Assembly: GCA_044867815.1 (NCBI GenBank)
Contig: JBIOVP010000064.1
Span: forward strand, 549 to 64,548
Length of the DNA: 64,000 nt
Direction: 5' to 3'
DNA from: Solirubrobacterales bacterium
GTDB lineage: Bacteria > Actinomycetota > Thermoleophilia > Solirubrobacterales > 70-9
Numbering within the stretch: the stretch's first letter is position 1; every line of letters begins with the position of its first letter. The translations under genes were made by a program, and so were the position numbers. The notes beneath the pieces are model-generated. The model did not search any database. It was given only the letters and a program-made list of their open reading frames with translations, and was not told where the DNA came from. Below, piece by piece: positions 26,238 to 34,594 of the stretch.

Positions 26238-26750
26238 GTGGGCGCTCCCGATCCCTACCTCGGCGTCCTCGCCGAGCACGGTTTTCGCTCCGACGACGCC
26301 CAGCTCTTCCTCGCCAGCTGGGAGCGGCTTGAAAGCGCCTACTTCGAGCGCCTCGCGGTCGTCACGGCGCCGCTCGGCAGCTGGCGCGAGCGCTTCCGCG
26401 CGGCCGCCACCGAGACCGCCGCCCTGGTCGAGTCCCACCAGGCCCAGGCTCGCTTCCTCGCCGTCGACGCGCTCGCCGCCGGCGAGCTCGGCCGCGAGCG
26501 CCAGCGCGCGTTCGGCGCCCGCCTCGCCGGGCTCGTCGACTCGGCCCGCGACGAGCTCGCCGAACCGGAGCTGGTGCCGGAGTCGACGGCCCCCTGGATC
26601 GTCGCCATGTTCTTCAACCGGGTGTACCGTCGCTGCGCCCGCGCCGGCGGGCCGGACCTGCCCTCGCAGCTGCCGGAGCTGATGTTCCTCGCGATCAGCG
26701 CCTATTTCGGTACCGAGGCGGGCCTCGAAGAGCTGCTCCCTCCCTCCTAG
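26238..26750 (+). CDS. TetR-family C-terminal-domain-like protein lacking a recognisable HTH
   Basis: 170 aa with a GTG start. The C-terminus (LPSQLPELMFLAISAYFGTEAGLEEL) matches the family tail, but the N-terminus has no HTH. The stop TAG lies inside a CCCTCCTAG repeat end. Confidence 0.5.
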   Translation: MGAPDPYLGVLAEHGFRSDDAQLFLASWERLESAYFERLAVVTAPLGSWRERFRAAATETAALVESHQAQARFLAVDALAAGELGRERQRAFGARLAGLVDSARDELAEPELVPESTAPWIVAMFFNRVYRRCARAGGPDLPSQLPELMFLAISAYFGTEAGLEELLPPS

Positions 26751-26753
26751 GAG

Positions 26754-26853
26754 CTAGGAGGGCCGCCAAGTGCCGCATCCGACTTTGAGCACAGCGGAGT
26801 GTGGTCAAAATCGGATGCGGTGGGTACACGCGGGTTTCACCAATCCCTCCTAG
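26754..26853. repeat. CTAG-bounded MITE-like repeat, copy A (100 bp)
   Basis: Runs from CTAGGAGGG to GGGTTTCACCAATCCCTCCTAG. The right end matches the ends of the 61.9 and 62.6 kb copies. It has an internal 10-bp inverted repeat CCGCATCCGA/TCGGATGCGG. Confidence 0.45.
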
Positions 26854-26881
26854 CCGTCTCGGTCCTTAAGATGGTGGCCTC

Positions 26882-27562
26882 GTGTCGACCAAACTGCCGG
26901 CGGAGGATCCGCATCAGCCCGACGAGCTGGCGCAGCTGCCGCACGGCCGCCACGGCCTGCCCCAGGAGTTCGTCGAGCACAACCAGCGCGAACGCCTGAT
27001 CGCCTCCTTCGTCGGGATCGTCGGCGAGGGCGGCTACAGCAGCGTCACGATCACCGCCGTGATCGACGGCGCCGGGGTGGCCAGCCGCACCTTCTACCGC
27101 TATTTCGACACGATCGACGACGTCTGCGTCGCCGCCTTCGAAAAAGGGCTGGGCGACCTGCGGCCGCTGGTCGTCGGCGCCTACGAGGGGGAGGGGGAGT
27201 GGCCGCGCCGCATCCGCGCCGTCCTCGCCGCCGTCCTCGCCGACTTCGCCGAGTACCCGGAGCTGGCGCGGCTGCTGACCGCCGAGCCGTTCGTCGCCGG
27301 GCCCGAAATCGCCCGCCTGCACAAAGCCGCGGTTGAGGAGCTGGTGCCGTTCCTGCGCCTGGGCCGGGAGCTGCGCGAGGACGGCGAGTCACTCCCCGAC
27401 ACCGCCGAGCGCGGCATCCTCGGCGCCGTCAACTCGATGGTCGCCCGCCAGGTCGTGGCCGGGCGCGGGGAGGGGCTGGGGTCGCTGCTCCCGGACCTCA
27501 CCCAGTTCGTCCTGACGCCGTATCTCGGCGCTTCGGCGGCCCGCCGAATCGCCTCCGGCTGA
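26882..27562 (+). CDS. TetR-like regulator, array member 6
   Basis: GTG start. Contains HGLPQEFVEHNQRERLIASFVGIVGEGGYSSVTITAVIDGAGVASRTFYRYF and the C-terminus LLPDLTQFVLTPYLGASAARR. Confidence 0.78.
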   Translation: MSTKLPAEDPHQPDELAQLPHGRHGLPQEFVEHNQRERLIASFVGIVGEGGYSSVTITAVIDGAGVASRTFYRYFDTIDDVCVAAFEKGLGDLRPLVVGAYEGEGEWPRRIRAVLAAVLADFAEYPELARLLTAEPFVAGPEIARLHKAAVEELVPFLRLGRELREDGESLPDTAERGILGAVNSMVARQVVAGRGEGLGSLLPDLTQFVLTPYLGASAARRIASG

Positions 27563-27769
27563 AAATTTTCAGCTTCGTTTTGGGTGGCGGGCGCACGCGG
27601 GTTAGTCTCTATTGCCGGCGCACCCGGTCCCCGCGATTTTCGATAACCCGCCCACTCTGGGCATGGCCGGGAGACGGCGCAACCCTGCCTCGCCCACGAG
27701 AGTAATTGACCTTTTCTTTTTGGCTCCAGAGGCGGAAATGCGGGCGTTTATAAAACCGTTCTCTATCCC

Positions 27770-27798
27770 TTGCACAACCAGTTATTTGCCGCTACGGT
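27770..27798 (+). promoter_or_regulatory. Candidate sigma-70-type promoter of cassette 1 (TTGCAC-N17-TACGGT)
   Basis: The extended motif TCCCTTGCACAACC is shared with sites at 48267, 36765, 56287 and 25487. About 100 nt of leader containing the hairpin 27805-27823 precedes the GTG at 27906. Confidence 0.35.
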
Positions 27799-27905
27799 GA
27801 CGCCGTCTCCTCGGGTAGGAGACCGGCAGCAGGACGCCGCCACCCGGCGCCGCCGCCGCGATTCGAGGGCCACCAGGGGGCCCAATGGGAGAAGGAGAGA
27901 CACAA

Positions 27906-30900
27906 GTGAAGGCACGGGACTTGTTCGCCGCTGGGTTCGGCCGCTCGAAGGCTCTGTTTGCGATCGCCGCCGCGCTTGCCACGGCGACCCTTGTGCTCGG
28001 TGTCTCCCTGGCCGCGGCCGCGCCCCCTGCCCTGACGATCGACGCCCCCAGCGGCGTCGAAACCACCAAGGCCCACGTCTCCGGCGAAGTCACCGTCCCG
28101 GCCGAGGGCCCGGAAGTCTGGTGGGGCTTCGAATACGCTGTCCAAGGCAGCGGCCAGTGGTCGGGTTTCCCCTTCTCGGGCACGGTCCCGGCCGGCGAAT
28201 CCCAGGCGGTGCAGGCAGACCTCACCGGCCTGAAGGCAGGCACCACCTACGAAGTCCGCCTCTTCGCCGACGACTTCAGCGGCACCCAGGCCGAAAGCCC
28301 AGTCGAATCCTTCACCACCGACCCCGCCACTGTCGAGCCCGCCCTCGTCCTCGACCCCGCCGCCGCCTCCTACCTCTCCGCCCAGCTACAGGGCACCATC
28401 GACCCCGAAGGCGGCAACCAGGAAGCCGGCGGCAGTTATGTGCCGATCCACTGGGCGCTGCAGATCTCCCAAACCGGCGAACCGGACAGCTTCAGCGACG
28501 TCGCCGCCGGCGACCTGACCGAAGACGGCGAACAGGCGAAAGCCGACGATCCGATCGCCGTCTCGGCCGAACCGGGCGGCCTCAGCCCCGGCACCACCTA
28601 CCACTACCGCCTGCTCGTCACCTACGCCGGCCAGACCGTCGAGCCGGTCCCGGGTGGGGAATTCACCACGCTCCCGGTGGCGAAGCCGACGATCTCCAAC
28701 CTCGCCGTCAGCGACGTCGCCGGCGAGGGGGCGCACCTCTCGGCCGAAATCGACCCCGGCGGCTCCGCCTCCGCCTTCGACACCGCCTGGGAGTTCCAGT
28801 GCGTCCCAGCCTGCCAGGGCCTGCAGGGCGGCACGGTCTCCGGCTCGGCGCAGACCGTGGAGAACGACGCCACCGGCCTCGACACCAACACCAGCTACAC
28901 GGTCAGCCTCACCGCCACCAACGCCGGCGGCTCGGTCAAAGACTTCACGACTTTCAACACGGGAACCGCCGCCCCGGAAGTCATCTCCTTCGATGCAGGC
29001 CCGGTCCTGCCCACCTCGGCAGAGCTGAACGCCGAAATCCGTCCCCGCGGCTCCGACACCGTCTACTGGTTCGAGTGGGGCGGCGAGGACTGCTCGCAGC
29101 CCGGCGCCGACTGCGCGGCGGTGCCGGCTGAGAAGGACGCCAGCGCCGGCTCCGGACAGTTCTTCAGGTACGTCTCGCGCAAGATCGCCGGCCTCGCCCC
29201 CGAGACCACCTACCACTTCCGCGTCGTCGCCGAGAGCGACGCCGGCACCACCGCCGGCGAGGACCGCGAATTCACCACCCCCGCGCCCGAACCGCCGTGC
29301 GCGAACGCCGGCATGCCCGGCACCGGGTTCCTCCCCAGCTGCCGCGCCTACGAGATGGTCTCGCCGCCCGACAAGAACGGCGCCGACGTCATCGCCTCGA
29401 GCTTCAAGACCTTCGCCGCCACCGACGGCAGTGATGCCGTCGCCTTTCCCGCCACCGGCGCCTTTGCCGGCCCCCGCGGCACCGAGACCGATTCCCAGTA
29501 CCTCAGCCGCCGCACCGGCGCCGCCGGCACCAATGGCTGGACTACCAAGGCCATCTCTCCTCCTACCGGTTCGCTCCCGCTTCTTCATATTCCTTTCAGC
29601 GGTCCTACCTTTGACGCGGCTTTCACTCCCGACCTCACCGCCGCCGTCTACCGCACGCCGAGCCCTTTGACGGATTCCCCTAACGTTGCCGGCGTCCGCA
29701 ACCTCTACCGCATCACCGATCTCGAGTCAGGATCTCCACAGGTCGACCTTTTGACTGCTTCTGCGGCCCCCCTCGGCTCTCCTCCCGGACCCTTCGGCCA
29801 GCTCCTGAAACTGCAATTGGGGAACACTTTCGCGGCTGCATCTGAGGATCTCGGTAACGTGATCTTCCAGTCGCCCTACGACCTCACTGGCGACGGCAGT
29901 TGGCTGGGGGGGCAGGGGGAAAGCAGTGACCTCTATGAGTACGCCGACGGCGCTGGTGTCCGCCGCGTCGGCCGGGTTCCGTCGGACCCCGGCATCGCTG
30001 TCTGCGACGACGTCGTCGGCCCGCCATGTGTCGACGCAGTCGCGCAGGCCGGCATCAAAGCGGACGTCCGCCAGACGAATTCACTGTACTCGGGATCAAT
30101 GATCTCGGATGACGGCTCCCGCATCCTAATTTCGGCAGGCGGCGGTCTCTATATCCGGGAAGACGGGGTCCGCACCGTCAAAATCGACGCCTCCGAGAAG
30201 ACCGAACCTGAGTCCCCGGGGGCTGCAGAAGCCTGGGACATGACCCCCGACGGCAACCGAGTTTTCTTCATCACCAGGGAGGGACTTGTCGATGGTGATG
30301 ACGGTGACGAAGGCTCCGAGGACGATGCTTACATGTACGACTTCGAAGCTCCCGCAGGCGAACGCCTCACCCGGCTTTCTGATACTGGATCTCGGCATTG
30401 TTATGCCCGAAAGATCTTCGGTGCAAGCGAGGACGGCCACTCCGTCTACTTCACCTGCCGTGATCAACTCGTACCAGGAGCCCCGGAGGCTGAGGCCGGA
30501 CTCTACCTCTGGCACGACGGCTCGGTCTCCTACATCGGCAAATTCGACGAGCAGAATTTTCCTCTTGACGAGATATACAACACCCCCCTCCTAGAATGGC
30601 AAGTACTCCTTGCGAAAGGCTCCCGGATATCGTCTGGTGGCCGCTCCCTCCTCTTCATCGCCAATGACGGGCACGGCTTTGTCGGTAGAGGCGGATTCTC
30701 TGGCTTTGAGCACACCGGTCATCGCGCCCTCTATCTCTACAACGCTGACACCGGCCGGCTTGTCTGCGCCTCCTGCGACCCTCATGGGACCTCTGCGTCC
30801 TATGAGGCATACACCGATTTCAAGAGCCAGGTCAGTGCGGTACAGAACACGCAGCATCTCTCCCATGCCCTCTCCCGGGATGGTCGCTACGTCTTCTTCA

Positions 30901-31385
30901 GCACTTCGGGGGCTCTGGTGCCCGAGGACACCAATGGCGAAACCTACGACGCCTACCAGTACGACTCGCTGACCGGCGAGGTCCGCCTCCTCTCATCCGG
31001 CACCGACGAGGCCGACTCCGTATTCATGGACGCCTCCCCCGATGGCCGCGATGCCTACTTCGCCACCCGCGAGCGGCTCGTCGGTTGGGACACCGACACC
31101 AGCTACGACCTCTACGACGCCCGCGTCGGCGGCGGGTTCCCCGAGCCCGTTCCGGAGCCCGACTCCTGCCAGGGGGACTCCTGCCTCACCGCCCCTGCCT
31201 CAGCACCGCCCCCTGCCGCTGCAACCAGCGAGACCCTCGGTGAAGGCAACCCGACCCGTACCTGCCCGAAGGGCAAGCGCCCCGTGCGCAAGAACGGTCG
31301 CATCCGCTGCGTCAAGAAGGGCAAGCGACATGCGAAAGGCCACCAGAAGCGACACGCCAACAACGACCGGAGGGTCGCACGATGA
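27906..31385 (+). CDS. A1: giant secreted protein (4 FN3-like repeats, TolB/PD40-like beta-propeller region, CxxxxC plus basic tail)
   Basis: GTG start after GGAGAGA, homologous to the start of A2 (VKARD). Signal/TM segment ALFAIAAALATATLVLGVSLAAA. Repeats end in TTYxxR..A.. motifs. Also has FLPSCRAYEMVSPPDKNGADV, DG..V.F-type repeats and the tail ..GGGFPEP..CQGDSC..KKGKRHAKGHQKRH. Confidence 0.9.
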   Translation: MKARDLFAAGFGRSKALFAIAAALATATLVLGVSLAAAAPPALTIDAPSGVETTKAHVSGEVTVPAEGPEVWWGFEYAVQGSGQWSGFPFSGTVPAGESQAVQADLTGLKAGTTYEVRLFADDFSGTQAESPVESFTTDPATVEPALVLDPAAASYLSAQLQGTIDPEGGNQEAGGSYVPIHWALQISQTGEPDSFSDVAAGDLTEDGEQAKADDPIAVSAEPGGLSPGTTYHYRLLVTYAGQTVEPVPGGEFTTLPVAKPTISNLAVSDVAGEGAHLSAEIDPGGSASAFDTAWEFQCVPACQGLQGGTVSGSAQTVENDATGLDTNTSYTVSLTATNAGGSVKDFTTFNTGTAAPEVISFDAGPVLPTSAELNAEIRPRGSDTVYWFEWGGEDCSQPGADCAAVPAEKDASAGSGQFFRYVSRKIAGLAPETTYHFRVVAESDAGTTAGEDREFTTPAPEPPCANAGMPGTGFLPSCRAYEMVSPPDKNGADVIASSFKTFAATDGSDAVAFPATGAFAGPRGTETDSQYLSRRTGAAGTNGWTTKAISPPTGSLPLLHIPFSGPTFDAAFTPDLTAAVYRTPSPLTDSPNVAGVRNLYRITDLESGSPQVDLLTASAAPLGSPPGPFGQLLKLQLGNTFAAASEDLGNVIFQSPYDLTGDGSWLGGQGESSDLYEYADGAGVRRVGRVPSDPGIAVCDDVVGPPCVDAVAQAGIKADVRQTNSLYSGSMISDDGSRILISAGGGLYIREDGVRTVKIDASEKTEPESPGAAEAWDMTPDGNRVFFITREGLVDGDDGDEGSEDDAYMYDFEAPAGERLTRLSDTGSRHCYARKIFGASEDGHSVYFTCRDQLVPGAPEAEAGLYLWHDGSVSYIGKFDEQNFPLDEIYNTPLLEWQVLLAKGSRISSGGRSLLFIANDGHGFVGRGGFSGFEHTGHRALYLYNADTGRLVCASCDPHGTSASYEAYTDFKSQVSAVQNTQHLSHALSRDGRYVFFSTSGALVPEDTNGETYDAYQYDSLTGEVRLLSSGTDEADSVFMDASPDGRDAYFATRERLVGWDTDTSYDLYDARVGGGFPEPVPEPDSCQGDSCLTAPASAPPPAAATSETLGEGNPTRTCPKGKRPVRKNGRIRCVKKGKRHAKGHQKRHANNDRRVAR

Positions 31386-34300
31386 ACATCCGACGTTTGC
31401 GGTTCCTTCCCGTCGCCGTTCTTGCCGTCGCAGTGGGCATGGCCACTTCCGCCACCGCCGCCGCTGCCCAGGTCAGGTGGGAGGGAACGTCCACCTCTAA
31501 CACCGCCGCCGCCCCGGGCGAAACCCTCGAATTCGCCGTTACCCTCACCAATCTCGGCGATGTCTCCTCGGTTGGCACGACCGAGCTGACCGCGACCCTT
31601 CCTGAGGGCCTCATCCCCACCGCCGTCACTAACCTTGCTGGTTTTCCCATCGGGTCGTGCGTCATCGTTGCCGCGGTGGTTACCTGCGAAATCAGCGAAT
31701 CGGTCCCTGTCAACCAAAAAGCGGGACTCGGAGGCACCTTCAGGCTCCTCGCGGATGTTGATTCTGGCGCTGACGGCTCTGAAACCGTCTATTTCGAAGC
31801 TTCCGGCGGCGGCGCCCCCTCGCCTGACTTTTGGGCAGACCCCGTCCAGATCTCCGGTGAGGAGTCGCCCTTCGGCATCGACGCCTTCGACGCTCTCGCC
31901 ACCGACGGGGATGGATCCATTTCCACCCAGGCTGGCCGGCATCCGAGTCAGTACTCAAACTCCTTCGACTTCAACCGCCACACCGATTCCACCTTCGGTT
32001 CCCGCTTTCCCGTCGAGGACGCTCGCGACGTCTTCGTCGACCTCCCCCCGGGCTTCGTCGGTGCCGTTGTCGACCTCCCCCAGTGCACCCTTGCCCAGCT
32101 CGCCAACGGCACCGCCGTCACCGACGTGAGGCCAGCTTGCGCTCCCGGGTCCCAGCTCGGAATTGCCCGCATCCGCATTCCCGAAGGCGAAACCAATTTC
32201 GTGGCCATCTACAATCTTGCCCCTCCCCCGGGTGTCCCGGCCCGCTTCGGTCTCAATGTCGCGGGAACCCTCATCGTCCTCGACACCCACCTCGTCTCCG
32301 ATGACGATGGCTATCACCTCCGCGTCGGCTCCACCGGCGTCGCCCAGGCCCTTGCCATCGACGGCAACAGCCTCGAATTCTGGGGCGTCCCCGCCGATCC
32401 CGCCCACGAATCCCAGCGCTCCTGTGCCGCTCAGAACCCGCCTTCTCAGGGCGGCACTCCCTGCCCGAGCGATGCCGAGCCGCGGGCGTTCTTCCGCAAC
32501 CCCACGACCTGCGCCGGGCCCGCGGGCCTGACGACCACCATCGCCGCCGACTCCTGGCAGAACCCGGGCGACTTCGCCCTGCGCTCGATCCAGGGCCACG
32601 ATCTCCCCGGCTACTCGTTCCCGGAGAGCGAGTGGGGCGACCCGCTGGGCATCGAAGGCTGCGACGAGGTCCCCTTCGAACCGACCCTCGACGTCGACGT
32701 CACCACGAACGCCGCCGACAGCCCCACCGGCCTCTCCGTCGACCTCGGCCTTCCCGACGACTGCTGGCTGCCGAAGGCGACCGCCGAGGAAGCCGAAGAA
32801 GCGCTCTGCCAGTCCGACCTCCGCTCGGCCGCGGTCACCCTGCCGCCGGGCCTCGCGCTCAACCCCTCCGCCGCCAACGGCCGCAAGGCGTGCAGCCCGG
32901 CGCAGGCCGGCGTCACCTCGCCGGTCGGCCGGGTCCCGGTCGCCTTCGACGAAGCTGCGGTCACCTGCCCCGACGCCAGCAAGATCGGCACCGTCGAGGT
33001 GCAGACGCCGCTGCTCGACGACCCGCTCGGCGGCGCCGTCTACCTCGCCGAGCAGTCCCACAACCCCTTCGGGTCGCTGCTGGCGATGTACCTGGTGATC
33101 GAAGGTCAGGGCATCCGCATCAAGCAGGCCGGTCGAGTCCAGCTCGGCGAGGACGGGCAGCTGACCACGGTCTTCGAGGAGACCCCGCAGACCCCGTTCT
33201 CAAACCTCCACGTCGAGCTCTTCGGCGGACCGCGGGCCGCGCTGCGCACCCCGGCCGCCTGCGGCACGCACACCGCCACCGCGAAGCTCACTCCCTGGTC
33301 GGGGACCGGAACCGTCCAGAGCCAGGGCTCCTTCCAGGTCAGCGAGGGCTGCGGCGGCGGCTTCGACCCGAAGCTCTCGGCGGGAACCGAGACCCCGCTC
33401 GCCGGCTCCTCGAGCCCGTTCAACCTGCGGATCACCCGCGCCGACGCGACCCAGGAGGTCGCCGGCCTGCAGATCGACCTGCCGCCGGGGCTGCTGAGCT
33501 CGCTCAAGGGGTACGCCTACTGCAGCGACGCCGCCCTCGCCGCGGTCTCCGAGGACCTCGGCACCGGCAGGGCCCAGGAAGCCGCGCCGGCCTGCCCCGC
33601 CTCGAGCCTGGTCGGCACCGTCACGGTCGGCGCCGGGGCGGGGGTCAACCCCTTTTATACGACCGCGGGCAGGGCCTACCTCGCCGGCCCCTACAAGGGC
33701 GCCCCGGTCTCCCTCGCCGTGATCGCCCCCGCGGTCGCCGGACCCTTCGACCTCGGCTCGGTGCTGGTCCGCAACGCGATTTACGTCGACCCGACCAGTA
33801 GCCGGCTGCGGATCGCCAGCGACCCGATCCCGACGGTCCTGCACGGCGTTCCCCTCGACCTGCGCGACGTCCGCGTCCACTACAACCAGACCCTCAACCC
33901 GACCAGCTGCGAACCGTTCCAGGTCGGCTCGAAGATCACCTCGGCCCAGGGCGCGACCGCCAGCCCCTCGGTCCACTTCCAGGCCGCCGGCTGCGACCGC
34001 CTCGGCTACAAGCCCCGCCTCGTCCTGCGGCTGAAGGGCGGCATCAAGCGGTCCGCCAACCCGGCGCTGACCGCGGTGATGCGCCCGCGGGCCGGCGACG
34101 CCAACAGCGGTCGGATCCAGGTCGCCCTGCCGCACTCGGAGTTCCTCGCCCAGGCCCACATCCGCACGATCTGCACCCGCGTGCAGTTCGCCGCCAACCA
34201 GTGCCCGAAGGGATCGATCTACGGGCGCGTCAGCGCCGTCAGCCCGATCCTCGACTACGTCCTCACCGGCAACGTCTACCTGCGCAGCTCCGACAACCCG

Positions 34301-34594
34301 CTGCCGGACCTGGTGCTGGCGCTGCGCGGCCCCGCCCACCAGCCGGTCGCGATCGACGCCGTCGGGCGCATCGACCAGAAGGACGGCGGCATCCGCACCA
34401 CCTTCTCCGGCCTCCCGGACGCGCCGCTGACCAGGGTCGTGCTGCGGATGCAGGGAGGGGAGAAGTCGCTGCTCGAGAACAGCGTCAACATCTGCCGCCG
34501 ACCGCACCGGGCGACGGTGCAGATGGACGGCCAGAACGGCAAGCTCCGTGACTTCCGGCCGAAGCTGCGGGTCGCCTGCGGCAAGCGGAAGTAG
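31382..34594 (+). CDS. B1: 1070-aa secreted Cys-rich protein of unknown family (DUF11/CARDB-like N-domain plus conserved B core)
   Basis: ATGA overlap with A1. Signal peptide MNIRRLRFLPVAVLAVAVGMATSATAAAA. Contains TQAGRHP, NPFGSLLAMYLV, AGPYKGAPVSLAV..GPFDLGSVLVR, NPTSCEP and the end ..NICRRPHRATVQMDGQNGKLRDFRPKLRVACGKRK. Confidence 0.9.
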   Translation: MNIRRLRFLPVAVLAVAVGMATSATAAAAQVRWEGTSTSNTAAAPGETLEFAVTLTNLGDVSSVGTTELTATLPEGLIPTAVTNLAGFPIGSCVIVAAVVTCEISESVPVNQKAGLGGTFRLLADVDSGADGSETVYFEASGGGAPSPDFWADPVQISGEESPFGIDAFDALATDGDGSISTQAGRHPSQYSNSFDFNRHTDSTFGSRFPVEDARDVFVDLPPGFVGAVVDLPQCTLAQLANGTAVTDVRPACAPGSQLGIARIRIPEGETNFVAIYNLAPPPGVPARFGLNVAGTLIVLDTHLVSDDDGYHLRVGSTGVAQALAIDGNSLEFWGVPADPAHESQRSCAAQNPPSQGGTPCPSDAEPRAFFRNPTTCAGPAGLTTTIAADSWQNPGDFALRSIQGHDLPGYSFPESEWGDPLGIEGCDEVPFEPTLDVDVTTNAADSPTGLSVDLGLPDDCWLPKATAEEAEEALCQSDLRSAAVTLPPGLALNPSAANGRKACSPAQAGVTSPVGRVPVAFDEAAVTCPDASKIGTVEVQTPLLDDPLGGAVYLAEQSHNPFGSLLAMYLVIEGQGIRIKQAGRVQLGEDGQLTTVFEETPQTPFSNLHVELFGGPRAALRTPAACGTHTATAKLTPWSGTGTVQSQGSFQVSEGCGGGFDPKLSAGTETPLAGSSSPFNLRITRADATQEVAGLQIDLPPGLLSSLKGYAYCSDAALAAVSEDLGTGRAQEAAPACPASSLVGTVTVGAGAGVNPFYTTAGRAYLAGPYKGAPVSLAVIAPAVAGPFDLGSVLVRNAIYVDPTSSRLRIASDPIPTVLHGVPLDLRDVRVHYNQTLNPTSCEPFQVGSKITSAQGATASPSVHFQAAGCDRLGYKPRLVLRLKGGIKRSANPALTAVMRPRAGDANSGRIQVALPHSEFLAQAHIRTICTRVQFAANQCPKGSIYGRVSAVSPILDYVLTGNVYLRSSDNPLPDLVLALRGPAHQPVAIDAVGRIDQKDGGIRTTFSGLPDAPLTRVVLRMQGGEKSLLENSVNICRRPHRATVQMDGQNGKLRDFRPKLRVACGKRK

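Noticed and set aside
27770-27830. Reading the shared GAACC-containing motif as an ECF-type -35 (GGAAC) with a CGTC -10
   Set aside because: The spacing to the nearest CGTC is about 24 nt at A1. No CGTC lies at a suitable distance at the other sites. A sigma-70-like TTGACA/TAnnnT reading fits better.
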